64,000 nt of DNA from Octopus sinensis (GCF_006345805.1 NC_043002.1:46438001-46502000); one strand, 5' to 3'; counted from the first letter of the stretch, positions 35,936 through 49,189 are shown. A program made the numbers and translations. Notes: generated by a model from the sequence alone, not told the origin.

Positions 35936-37711
35936 AAGTTTGCTGCAGGAAAATTCGCCTCAGGATTTTTGGCTGTAGGAGAGTTCACCACGTAGGAAAT
36001 TTTGCCGCAAGACAATTTCACCGCAAAAAGATGAATTGCTCCCTTGATACATAATTGTTTCAGCCAACCTAACTTTTATTAGAGAAACCAATAAGAGGGG
36101 GTAAAGTAATTTCTTAACTCTTTTAAAATTTCTTTATTCATGTGACAATATTTGTTTTGTGTAGCTAACCCATTACAATAGTCTATCAAGTGGGAATTAG
36201 CAGAGGTAGTTTGAAATTAGTTGATGATCTTAACTTTGTTTATACGATAGATAGAAAATACGGTGAAAAACCTTATTGGAAATGTGAAAATAGAGAATGT
36301 AAAGCAAGAGTGCATACCATGCTGGAGAACAATAATTTATCTATATGTAAGATATTCGGCGAGCATTGCCATCCTTCTCATCCTTTAAAACCGAAAGTTT
36401 ACATAGCGAAAATGAAATTGAAATCACTAGCCACTAATTCACAAACTTCTGCATGGTCGTTAATTGCAGAAATTTCATCTAGTTTAGATGATAATGCACT
36501 GTCACTGATGCCATCGCATTTGTCTCGCAATATTAGAGGTTGGAGGCAAAAGAAAAGCCAAGCTCCCCTGATCCCAACTGGAAGAAGTGGGTATATAATA
36601 CCTGAAGAATATAGATTTCTTGAAAATGGTGAGAAGTTTTTATTATATGATAGTGGTGAAGATAATCCGGAGAGACTGTTAGTATTTGGTACACAAGTTG
36701 GGTTAGATGAACTTGGGAATAATAAAGATTGACCTTGTGATGGAACTTTTAAATGCAGCCCAGATATATATTATCAGTTGTTCACGTTACATATTGTCAC
36801 ATGAAATATTAACATACTGCGTCTTTTTGATTTGCTACTCGGTAAATCACAACGTACAGAAGGCTTTCTTACACCCATCATTAGAGCTTGAAATCTTAAT
36901 GGTTGATTTCGAGAAAGCAGTTATCAATACTTTCTGTAATATATTTCCAACAACAAATATAACAAGGTGTTTATTTCATATGGCTAAGAATATCTATCAC
37001 TACATTATGGAGATAAGTATAAAACCTTGTTATCAAACAGATGCAGAATTTAACAATGCTTCCAGTGCGTGAAATTATTGATGGTTTTCTTGAACTAACT
37101 GATGATGATGATTTGCTTCAAGAATTTGTATCCTACTTTGAAACTCACTATATAGGAGGAGAATGAGGTTGAGGTGAGCGAAAACTAAGAATGCAACCAG
37201 CTTTTCCTATTGAAGTGTGGAATGTCTTCGAAAGAACCCAGAATAATACGATGAGAACAAACAACAGTGTAGAAGGCTTCCACGTTGCAATGCAAAGCTC
37301 CATCACTAACATGCACCCAAATTTGTGGAAACTTATTACGTATTTGAAAAAGGAAGAGATGTTACTGAAAAAGAAAAAGTGTCATTTAGATTGAGCAGAT
37401 GCAGTCCTAATAAAAAAAATATATATTAATATCAATCAAAGAATTTTGTAGAAAACGCTTCATTATAAATATGAAAATGCTTCAATATAAATATGTTTAC
37501 AACAAACAAAAAGAAAAAAAACAGTTAAATCTAAAACAGAATTATACAAAACATATATATATAAAGCAATTTTTTTTAGAGCTGCAATTTCTCTAAATCA
37601 GGTTGCCTGCCATATCTTTGAAATTATCTATATGACAAAGTTTCCTATGATGATAATTCCTGAGGTGAGTTTTCTTGCAGCAAAAATGTTTATGGCAAAT
37701 GTTCCAAGAAC
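35936..37711 (+). mobile_element. Degenerate Mutator-like (MULE) transposon with FLYWCH-type zinc finger
   Basis: FVYTIDRK..YWKCENRECKARVHT...GEHCHP; FLLYDSG...KD*PCDGTFKCSPDIYYQLF; VDFEKAVIN; CLFH; RTNNSVEGFH...HPNLWK. Subterminal IR 35941-35965 vs 37658-37682 (3 mismatches). Confidence 0.9.
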
Positions 37712-40700
37712 CAAATTTTAAGCATATTAAAAAAGTCTAGGACTCAGGTTCTTTTTGGGTAGTCACAGATAATTGTGTTCTTCTTTGGTAAATGTGATTG
37801 ATGATGTTACTTGTACATAAATTTATTGATTAATAAAGTTGAACAGACTAATCTGATTTATTTTCTAAAAACCAAGAGTTCTTTAAATTTCTTCCATACA
37901 GACCAAACTCTTTCAGGAACAGCATCAGAGCTATTGCTGATAGTAATAGTAAACCACTTAATGGGTTTCTCTGCTTACAACCAAGTACCATCTTGGGCCC
38001 TGTGGATCTAGGACCCAATCATTATGTAGATGCTAGTTGTGTATATAGGGGCTTCAGTGCAATGCTTTGCCAAGGGCCTATAATGTTGCTAAGACAGCCC
38101 TGCATACAGTAAATTTCTTTGAAGAGGGTAATATTGGGTTTGGCATCAAAACTTGGGGCTTGGTTTCAGCTTATTTACAGAAATCATCGATGATGATGAT
38201 GACTTTTCCATGCTTGCATGCAGCAGACAATTTGTTGAGACATTTTCTACAGCTGGATGTCCTTTCTGTTGTCAATCCTTCACCTGATTCTAAGCAAGGT
38301 AATATTTTCTCATGGTCTTGTAGAAATGAATGACACTGCTTGTGACCATGACAATCATTTATAATTATCATGATGTTAAGACAAGACACACACACATATT
38401 ATGGGCTTCTTTCAGTTTCTGTCTGCCAAATGCACTCACAAAGATTTGGTCAGGCCATTGGGGAAGTAAAAGACATTTGCCAAAAGTTCCACATAGTGAG
38501 ACTGAATCTGAGACCATATGGTTGGAAGCAAATTTTTTAACTACACAGCCATGCCAGTGTTTAGAATAATACATTTCTATGGATTGTTACCACTATGGGA
38601 ATGCTACTATTACTATACTCTCTTAAAAATATAGCACAAAGTCAACCAATTGAGAATGTGACAAGCAGAATGACTGAGAAATTAGTTGCAAAATCTTCAT
38701 AAATTAAGAGCACAGTTGCATTTTTATATAATGTGAATTTTTAACATGTTGCACAAACACTTAGCTCTGAGTGCACTGCATCTTATAGCAGAAATGTAAG
38801 CTAATGAAGTTTACTTACATAATTTCCATTTCCTTGTCATCCAATAATTTATATTATTATCTGTATTTTCCTAATGCTTTGTTCTAAAGCATATGCATAT
38901 TGAGTTTTAATGACTGATTATTAGTATTGCTATGCCTAAGTGAAATCATAAAATACATAGTGTGAATATTTTGGTTCATATGTATTAGTAGCTATGTTAT
39001 TGATGTGTGTATGTGCATTGCATTGTTGGCAGGTGATTCTGTATGTTTTAGGTGTTGTAACTCCATGAAGAGCAAATATAGGCTTTAATAACTTTTACTA
39101 TTAGCGACAAGTGCTGCTGTGCAGTACCATCAAGTTAGTTGTATTGGTGAGCATATTCTCTTCTCAGTATTGGCACCTTGGCTACCAGCCACCATCATAT
39201 TACTAAATGTCCAATTTAAAAAGTTGGTTAACCAATTTAACACAATGCAGTTATTAATGGCACGACATATCCAGCAGCCAATCTCACAGTGAGAGCTCAG
39301 TAGATATATTCAGTGTTATTAATTACAAAATCACTTTAACTCATCACTCTACTAGCTTAAGGTTACAATTTCCAGATAATGGACAGAAGTATAGTCTATC
39401 AAATATCTGGATAATATTTATTTATTTTTGCTACTTTATTCTGGTGAAAGATTTTGCAGACAAATTAATCTTCTGGATGAACTATTGAGGGAATCCTTGT
39501 GCAGTCACTCAATCTGTTAGAAATAACAGTCATATATATTTCTCTTGTTACACTCTTATTATCTCAAAAAATGAAGTTGGACATACTTGATTATAGTCAT
39601 GGGAAAAAAGATGGGATAGTCAAAGATGAGGTGCCTTTAATGAGAGGTAATTTAGGTTAAATAAGAACTAATGATCCTATAGATTTCCTGCTTTACTGTA
39701 CCCATAATGTTGACTGATATGTGCCTCAGCTTGGAGTGGTGTAGTCAGTCATTTGAATATACAAAGTTTTCTTGAATGTTTAAAGTCACTCCAGAAATAC
39801 TCTCACCATCATCACAAAACTTTTCAGATACTTTCATTTCCAGAGCAAAGATGTCATTATTTTCTCTTGTTTCTTAAAATGACTTGGAAACAGCTTGCTT
39901 GTGCAAGTGCAGTCAGTTGAAACTTTGTATACTGGATGCCAGTAGGTTTCGGGGGTCATCAGGACAGAATGTACACTGTTTCTAGGCCTTCCTCGTGATG
40001 GTTTTACAGCCCCACTTACTGATGTGAGGCTCTTACTTACTGTTTTGACTGACTAGTATTCAACCTCAAGTCTATTTTGAGTTCATCACCTCTCCAGCCA
40101 AATTTCATCATGCTGTCAGTAAACCAATACTATTCTGCATGCAAGACTCTTACTGATGTACCATTTCTGGCACTGTTGGTTTCAACAACATAGGTTCCAG
40201 TTGATACGATCAACAGAACAGCTTGCTCATGAAATTAATATGCAAGTGGCTGAGTACTCCACAAACATATGTACCCTTCTCAGTGAGATTCAGCATGACA
40301 CAGAATGTGACAAGACTAGCCCTTCGAAATACAGGTACCACTCAATTTTGTCAGCTGAGTGAACTGTAGCAATGTGAATTAAAGTGTCTTGCTCAAGGAC
40401 ACAATGCATCACCAGGAATTGAACTCTCAATCTTACAACTGTGAGCCGAATACCTTAATCACTAAGCCATGTGCTGTCTGTACCATTTCTAGCTTTTTCT
40501 GTATTGATAACTTTTGTAAGAGTTAATGTCACATATTTGTTGCATTGTACTAGCTGGTTGTTTAGATGGTATATTTAAGTATGAAATATCAGTGAAAGGA
40601 AGTTATATATTTGCCTCTGTAACAGTATCAACTATTGTAAGTCCACTGTGGTAGATACAAACAATATGAGGCACCAGGCAATCATGCAAACTAATGATCA

Positions 40701-42639
40701 CCAGATTCAAATTATTGTTTTGAATCTTAGAAATTGCTGGACTAGTGAATTCTAGATTAATGAGGTCAACATGCAGGAGAGAGGGAACACATAGTTTGCC
40801 AATGAGAAAAATAAATTATTTAAAGTACTTAGAAAATATATTCTGGCAGAACTGCCTGTATTCCTATGAAATTTTAATTTAACCCTTTAGCATTAAAACC
40901 AGCCATATCTGGCTGAAATATCCTACCTGTTTTATGTTCAAACAGGCTGATCCAACTGCTCACAGCTATACTAAAATGTCAATCTAAAAGCATATGCTCA
41001 GATTGTCTCTAAGCTGCAAGATAGTGCATGATTAATTGAAAATAATGTAAATAAATAAGCATTACATTTAACAGAGTAATCTGAATTCTAAAAGATTAAA
41101 GATTAAGAATTCTTTAGTACAATGTATAACCACTCATAGAAGAAAAATAGATGTTACACATAAAGATATATATATAGTCTTGGCTCGTGTATTATTTGAA
41201 TATATCTCTAGAATAATTGGTCTTTTAACACTACAAACAACTAGATGACCAAAAAGAATGTATGCTTTCACGTTTTTATCTAATGAGTTTTCATGCTGGT
41301 AGAAAACCAGAAATTCATAGGAGAGAATTTCCATTGAGATAATTGACTCGGTTACATGATTGGTATTATAAACCTGCTTCTTCTAATCTTTTAATTTTAT
41401 GTGGAGAATGGAGCACCATCTGTCTCAATCTTTGACAATGAATTGTAGTTGTCCCCAGATGTAGCCACCTATCAGTTACTCAGTTTCTGTGGACCTTTTC
41501 CATGTTTTTGGTCTGCTACGCTTGTATCTCCTTTACAGGGAAAAAAAGCAGAACTTGAATTCAAGATGTAGTGAGGAAGGAAAGATAAAACTGTAATATC
41601 TTCAGTTATTACTCTGCTGTCTGACACTTTGGTAATCATCATCATCCTCATCTTCATTCTTCAACATTTGTTTCCTATGCTGGTATATGTTGGACTGTTT
41701 GACTAGAGCTGGCAGGCAAGAGAGCAGAACCCGGTTCCAGTCTGATTTGGCTTGGTTTCTATGGCAGGATGTCCTTTGGTGAGGATTTACATATTAAAAT
41801 TGATAGAAAGAATAAAGCAGAAAAGAAAAGAATATTACTAACAACACTCAGTACCATCAATTTATGTTCTGCTCAAATCATGCTTGAATTGATTTTTAGT
41901 TATCTTAACTCCACGGAGGTCAATAAGTGCTAGCAAAAAAATCTATAAATACTTCTGCAATATGGATGTATCCAAGTTTACAAACTCCATCCATATTGTC
42001 AAGGAAAAATGGGAGTAAAGTCATATAAAAGAAAAAAAATGCAAACTTGTTAATCTTATTTACAAAGCAAAATGTTCTGTTGTCTCTATACATTGTGTTA
42101 CTTGGATTTTTAATCAGTTGGCAACCTCTAGATTCTATATAAATTTCTATTGCATAATATAATTTGCACCTACCACACATATGAGATATTGGAGCTGCTG
42201 TAGTCTATTGAACTGGATAGAATAAATAGTTCCTGCAAACCAATGGTGGGATAAAATGCAATGTCAAAGCTGAGTGTCAGGATTTGAACTTGTCATTAAT
42301 CAAAGTAATTAATTACTGTTCAGCACATTACCATCTATGCCAACCTCACAGAACTGATAATAATAGCACATATTATATCAAGTTAATAGTAGTAATAATA
42401 AGGGTTTCAAATTTTAGCACAAAGCCAGAATTTTAGGAAGTGGGAGTTGGTCTTATGGTTATAATTTATGATTTTAGTTTGCATGTTTTCAAAATAACTA
42501 GGGGTGGGTGGGATATAATGGGTCATTTGCCAGAGTTACATAATTTTTTCCCGACTACAAACCAGGAAGTACGATGTAGCATCATTCCTCCTACTAATAC
42601 AAATGTTGTGTACAAATGGTGACTCCTTTTCAAGTTCCT

Positions 42640-43130
42640 CATTTTGAATCACAAACCTCTGTCACTAGACCAACCAATTTTTGATCATCAAGCAAAACTT
42701 TGTGGTGTTGCAAGAAGTACTTCTGATTTCGATTTTTTTGTTCAACAGATATGTTCAGAGTATCTTCTTTGCTTATGTTATGTTGGGATAGAGGGAATAT
42801 CCTTGGAAGTTCATAAAGGATTGAAGGAAATTCAAAAGTGGGACATCATGAGACACTTGTCAGTTTGCAAGGTAGGGCATAATTGGTTTCTTAAGATATA
42901 GCACATAGGCTTCTGTAAATAGAAGAAAAGAAGAATTAAAGTTTTCCATACCCTCCAAATATGTGCGAGTATCTGAAAGTGTTTTAACAACATCATTCAT
43001 GCAATTATTGATATTTACACCAAATCAAGATTGATACCGAAGTGTGTGCTGCAGAAAATGCACCAAGGAAGTAACAAAGTCTTGGAGTGTAAAGGACAGA
43101 TGGTTACTTGCTTCAAAATGGTAGGAAAGA
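42640..43130 (+). pseudogene. Highly decayed mariner transposase C-terminal fragment
   Basis: SLEVHKGLKEIQKWDIMRHL resembles the mariner SLxTRQKLxELGWDVLPHP region; [15 protein letters not shown] resembles KLPERWQKVIExxG. Confidence 0.4.
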
Positions 43131-43204
43131 GGTAGTGCAAAGTGTGACAATAGTGACTATGACAGTGCAGATATATATATATATTTACATACATATATAC
43201 ATGT

Positions 43205-43206
43205 AT

Positions 43207-43237
<31 letters not shown>

Positions 43238-43268
43238 GATACGTACATATATGTGTATTCATACATCC

Positions 43269-43310
<42 letters not shown>

Positions 43311-43475
43311 ATAGGTATGTACATATATGTGTATTTATTTATAGATCCATAAATATATATAAGTATATGTATAGATATGTACATAAATGTGTATTTATAC
43401 ATCTATATATATATCTGTAGAGATATGTACATATATGTGTATTTATACATCCATATATATATATATATATATATA
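43205..43475. repeat. ~50-bp AT-rich minisatellite, about 4 units
   Basis: Unit ~tatgtatagatatgtacatatatgtgtatttatacatccat; same unit at 44646-44703 and 47168-47226. Confidence 0.8.
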
Positions 43476-43599
43476 AAACTTTGATAGGTTTCTGCCAGAA
43501 TAGACCCAGGCCATGTCTAACTTAATAGCACCACCTGGTGAAGTTGTTTAGTCATATATGGGGCACCATAGCCCACTCTAGCAAAGAGTTATTATTGTT

Positions 43600-44640
43600 A
43601 GTGACATATCCAGGTGTAGAAGGATGGCGTAGGATTTTTTGAACAAATTTGTCCAGTGAACATTTGAATTTCATGGGATCTGTTTACATTTTAACATATT
43701 TTGGTATGGTATTAAAGAGACCTGGACGGTTGAGGTAAAGTAATTGTGATATAATGTTGCTATGTGTTCTGAGTTCGATTTTTGCAGTGGGTGGATAGCA
43801 CAGGGACAAGTCTTGGATGGATTTTAAAATTGATGGCAACATCATTTGTGCATTATTGATGGAATATTTTCCACATAACACAAATGTATGTGTAGCGCTT
43901 CTGGTGGTGTTAGAGAGAGTAGAGATTGAGTTTTTTTAGTCGGTCCCAATAATCAATGCATCTCATGCCGTCTGTCTTTCTTGTTATGGACCTCTGGAGT
44001 GCTTCTACTTTCATAATGAGTTGCTTTGTATGGGGGGGGGCACAGTGGGCAACAGTACTCATGGTGGGGTCGGGCAGAAGTAGAGTAGAGAAGGATGATG
44101 GTGTAGGCATCTCTAGACTGGAAAGTTCTCAGACTCCAGGAGCACATCTGGCAGGCTAAGTCAACCTTGCTGTTTATGTAGGGATTCCAGCTTAGATTGT
44201 TATCAACAATTACTCCAAGATTTCTGGTGTTGTTGGATGACACTAGGGAGTCACCCTAGGGAAAAGTATATGGTAAATTCAGAGTTTCCTCTGTCGCATA
44301 GTGGATCAAATCAACCTTATCTTCATTTAAAAGCATATTGTTTTGTTTTTTTCCGCCCATTGGACAATAGTAAACAGATCTGACTGAAGGCATGTTTGGT
44401 CTCTCTTGCCACTTACAGCTTTCTGGAGTTTGGAGTCATCTGTAAAGATTTTTAATGTAGAATGTCTGATGACATCTACTATGTCGTTGATGTAAATAAT
44501 GAAGAGGAGTGGGCCCAAACACAGTACCTTGTGGGACACTACTACTGACTTTGGCTGAGTGGATTATATTCCCTCAAACACAACATATTGAGTTCTGTTC
44601 ATCAGGAAACACTTTATTCGCTGCAGCAGCTTTCCATGGA
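43600..44640 (-). pseudogene. CR1/L2-group LINE RT 3' fragment
   Basis: LGPLLFIIYINDI..IFTDDSKL..LQSDL..IVQWAEKN; NLGVIVDNNLSWNPYI; LEALQRSITRK-like; YWDRLKKLNLYSL. Confidence 0.85.
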
Positions 44641-44703
44641 CTCCAATATATATAAATATATGTATAGATATGTACATATATGTGTATTTATATATCCATA
44701 TAT

Positions 44704-46116
44704 ATCAAGCTGTTGGATCAAGTAATGAAGGTTACGGAGAGGGTCATAGCCCAACTAATTAGAGAGAGAGTTAGTTTAGATGAGATGCAGTTTGGGTTCG
44801 TGCCAGGGAAAAGTACCACTGATGCTATATTCCTGGTAAGGCAGCTGCAGGAGAAATACCTAGCCAAAGATAAGCCCCTGTACCTGGCTTTTGTTGACAT
44901 GGAGAAAGCTTTTGATAGGGTCCCCCAATCCCTTATCTGGTGGTCAATGAGGAAACTGGGGATAGATGAATGGCTGGTGAGGACTGCAAGCCATGTACAG
45001 AGATGCCGTAAGTAAGGTTAGGGTTGGCAACATGTACACAGAAGAATTCAAAGTAGAGGTTGGGGTCCACCAGGGTTCAGTACTCAGCCCCCTCCTATTT
45101 ATCATAGTCCTCCAGGCAATTACGGAGGAATTCAAGACAGGTTGTCCCTGGGAGCTCCTCTACGCTGACGACCTTGCTCTTATTGCTGAGTCACTATCAG
45201 AGCTGGAGGAGAAGTTCCAGGTGTGGAAGGAGGGTTTAGAATCGAGGGGCCTTAGAGTCAACCTAGCTAAAACCAAAGTACTAATAAGTAGGAAGGTAGA
45301 CAATCCACAAATGTCTTCAGGAAGATGGCCCTGCTCGATCTGTAGAAAAGGTGTAGGTAGAAACTCTATAAGATGTACCCAGTGTAAGCTATGGACACAT
45401 AAGAGGTGCAGCAATGTCAAAGGTAGGCTAACTGGGAAGATAGTTTTTGTATGTGGCAAATGCTCTGGAGCATTAACCTCCGAAAATCTGCAGAAAATAA
45501 CTTCCGTCACTTTCCAGGGGAAAAAACTAGAAGTAGTTGATAGCTTCCGTTATCTAGGTGACCAAGTCAGTAGTGGGGGTGGGTGCGCTGAAAGTGTAAC
45601 TGCTAGAATAAGAATAGCCTGGGCAAAGTTTAGGGAGCTCTTACCTCTGCTGGTGACTAAAGGCCTCTCGCTCAGAGTAAAAGGCAGACTGTATGATGCG
45701 TGTGTACGAACAGCCATGCTACATGGCAGTGAACATGGGCCGTGACTGCCGAGGACATGCGTAAGCTCGTGAGGAATGAAGCCAGTATGCTCCGATGGAT
45801 GTGTAATGTCAGTGTACATACTCGACAGAGCGTTAGCACCTTGAGAGAAATGTTGTACCTAAGAGGCATCAGTTGTGGTGTGCAAGAGAGACGATTGCGC
45901 TGGTATGGTCATGTGGCGAGAATGGATGAAGATAGGTGTGTGAGAAAGTGCCAATCCTTAGCAGTTGAGGGAACCCGTGGAAGAGGTAGACCCAGGAAAA
46001 CCTGGGACGAGGTGGTGAAGCACGACCTTCGAACTTTAGGCCTCACTGAGGAAATGACCAGCGACCGAGACCTTTGGAAATATTCTGTACGTGAGAAGAC
46101 CAGGCAGGACAAGTGA
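44704..46116 (+). pseudogene. RTE-clade LINE RT, 5'-truncated, two small frameshifts (~44985, ~45735)
   Basis: Same motifs as 17177-19038, including LLYADDL and an intact Cys/His finger (WPCSICRK...CTQCKLWTHKRC...VCGKC). Confidence 0.95.
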
Positions 46117-47167
46117 GCCCAGCCCACTTATGAATGCCTTTCCTCCCTTGGACACAAAGACCTGTTGAGGCAAGCGAAGTCGATATAGAACCTCATCCGA
46201 CGACAGGCACCCATGCCAACCCCCTTTGCTTGCGAAGACATGTTGGGGCAAGCGAAATCGAATTGAACCAGCCAGGATCCCTGGTCTGGTGGTACGTAAA
46301 AAGCACTATCCGACTCGTGGCCGATGCCAGCGCCGCCTCCACTGGCTTCCGTGCCGGTGGCACGTAAAATACACCAATCTGACCGTACGACAGGCACCCA
46401 TGCCAACCCCCTTGCTTGCGAAGACATGTTGGGGCAAGCGAAATCGAATTGAACCAGCCAGGATCCCTGGTCTGGTGGTACGTAAAAAGCACTATCCGAC
46501 GCGTGGCCGATGCCTCCACTGGCTTCCGTGCCGGTGGCACGTAAAATACACCAATCTGACCGTACGACAGGCACCCATGCCAACCCCCTTGCTTGCGAAG
46601 ACATGTTGGGGCAAGCGAAATCGAATTGAACCAGCCAGGATCCCTGGTCTGGTGGTACGTAAAAAGCACTATCCGACTCGTGGCCGATGCCAGCGCCGCC
46701 TCCACTGGCTTCCGTGCCGGTGGCACGTAAAATACACCAATCTGACCGTACGACAGGCACCCATGCCAACCCCCTTGCTTGCGAAGACATGTTGGGGCAA
46801 GCGAAATCGAAATCGAATTGAACCAGCCAGGATCCCTGGTCTGGTGGTACGTAAAAAGCACTATCCGACTCGTGGCCGATGCCAGCACCCCCTCGTTTGG
46901 CTTCCGTGCAGGTGGCACATAAAATACACCAATCTGACTGTGGCCGTTGCCAGCCTCGCCCGGCACCTGTGCAGGTGGCACGTAAAAAGCACCCACTACA
47001 CTCACGGAGTGGTTGGCGTTAGGAAGGGCATCCAGCTGTAGAAACACTGCCAGATAAGACTGGAGCCTGGTGCAGCCTTCTGGCTTTCCAAATCCCCGGT
47101 CGAACCGTCCAACCCATGCTAGCATGGAGAATGGACGTTAAACGATGATGATGATGATGATGATGAT
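46117..47167 (+). repeat. RTE 3' UTR with four tandem ~186-bp units plus shared tail and (GAT)n
   Basis: Units start at 46201, 46388, 46565 and 46751; tail 46993-47167. Confidence 0.92.
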
Positions 47168-47249
47168 ATCTATATAAATATATGTATAGATATGTATTTA
47201 TATGTGTATTTATACATCCATTATATATATATATTTATAAAAATTAGCT

Positions 47250-48140
47250 GAAAAGATAGCTTTCATGTGTGGCAGATGCACAGGGGCAATAGACACCACA
47301 GATACTCAGTAAAAACAGATTCCATCACACTCCAGGGAGAGAAACTAGAAGTAGTTGATAGTAGGTGACTAAGTTAGTAGTGGAGGTGGATGCTCAGAGA
47401 GTGTCACCACTAGAATATGAATAGCCTGGGCAAAGTTTAGAAAGCTTCTACCCCAACATATGACAAATGGTCTCTCGCTCAGAGTGAAAGGTTGATTGTA
47501 CAACGCATGAGTGCAAACTGCCATGCTTCACGGCAGTGAAACATGGGCTGTGACTGCAGAGGACATGCATAAGCTTGAAAGAAATGAAGCTAGCATGATC
47601 CGCTGGATGTGTAATGTCAGTGTGCACACATGACAGAGTGTAAGCGCCCTGAGAGAAATGTTGGATATAAGAAGCATCGGATGTGGCGTGCAAGAGAGAC
47701 ATTTGTGCTGGTATGGTCATGTACTACAGATGGATGAGGACAGATGTGTAAAGAAGTGCCACTCCCAAACAGTTGAAGGAATCCAGGGTAGAGGTAGACC
47801 CAGGAAGACATGGGATGAGGTGGTCAAGCATGACCTTCAAACATTGGGCCTCACAGAGACAATGACGGAAGACCGAGATCTCTGGACATATGCTTTGACT
47901 GCTAAAACCCAACAAATAACATGAGTTCATGGCTGTTTCCTGCACCAGCTTCACATAGCAGCCCCAGCCCATCCAAAGTACCTTGGATCGCAGGACGGCC
48001 TGCTGTGCTTACTTTGGATCATAGGGCAACCTGTTGTGCTTGAGGAGACCTATTGAGTCAAGTACATCAACATCAAAATAAAAATCAAATGAAAATTGTA
48101 GTTATACCTGTGCCGGTGGCATGTAAAAAGCACCATACGA
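47250..48140 (+). pseudogene. Older RTE LINE 3' fragment
   Basis: KLEVVD, SETWAVTAEDM, RHLCWYGHV, RGRPRKTWDEVVKHDL; 3' UTR modules, truncated. Confidence 0.85.
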
Positions 48141-48149
48141 ACGTGGTGG

Positions 48150-48712
48150 TAATTTTTGTGAGTTGGAGGTGTCCAAAGAACAACTATCTAAGTTTAGAAA
48201 CCTCATTAAAATAAGTGGCATTGAAACAAAACTGTTGCAACCACAGGATATGTTACAAAACTTAACTGCCAGAATGGTAGTCTATAAGATATATAACAGG
48301 AAGGAGAAAAGAATTATATCTGTGAAGAACAAGGTGGTAGAAAAGTGTCTCACCCCCATATGGGGAAAAATTACCTCTGTCGGTCAAGGACAAAAAGTGC
48401 CACTGCTGATGCGCAATTTGAGTACGCTGAAAGAGCAAAGGAAATATCTACTAGAACTCTAAAAAATGAAGAAATAATTTTGCTCCCAACCTACCTAGGC
48501 AAAAATATCAATAGAAGAAATACCAGCTGGTTACAACGTAATGTGGATAGCAGTGGCCATAATTTACGATGCAGAGGAGGAGATAACAATACTCCAGATG
48601 AAAAAGAGAGAGGCTCTAAACTGGGAAGGTCAAACACTTGAGATGGTGGTTCAAGCCTCAAATGACATGCTTGAATCGAGGCCAGACAGAATTTTTATAG
48701 GGGAGGGATACA
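48150..48712 (+). pseudogene. Frameshifted fragment resembling a non-LTR retrotransposon ORF1
   Basis: Three overlapping ORF pieces read as one protein (EVSKEQLSKF...; EEIILLPTYLG; WIAVAIIYDAEEEITILQ...PDRIFIGEG); family assignment is inference. Confidence 0.35.
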
Positions 48713-49189
48713 AAATACACACACACACACCACACACACACACGTATATATATTTTTTTTAGCATTTTTATTTTTTATTTCTTACTTTATTTTTGTAACT
48801 TTTTATTTGAATGCTTATCTGAATAATGGCTTGTACTGTAGAGTCCAGCGAACCTAATTTAAACATACCTATTTTACACATACTTAAGGGTTTAAAAAAA
48901 TTAATATATAGTTTATTGTATTGAACGATGATAAAGTGATATAAGGGCCTAATGATTAGGGCTACATTTTAAGAAGGGTTCCAGCAAAACAAGGAGTGGT
49001 TTAGGAACCGGAGAATGTACCTCATGAAACACGTGTAAGCCAAGTTATAAAACAGTAGGTATTTAATATAAAAATTCTTTTTTATATGGTGAGATGGAGG
49101 GGCCTACTATCTCTAAATTAAAATATATTTCTTCATTGAGAATAATTTGAACCTCTGTTATGCCGGAATTTTTATTCCCTAACAAATAA

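Noticed and set aside
39940-39967. CTGATGA-CCCCC-GAAAC on the minus strand
   Set aside because: No stem II pairing and no stem I partner; not a hammerhead.
42749-42871. Well-formed 123-nt phase-0 exon candidate
   Set aside because: The peptide aligns by eye with the mariner transposase catalytic region and continues beyond both splice sites.
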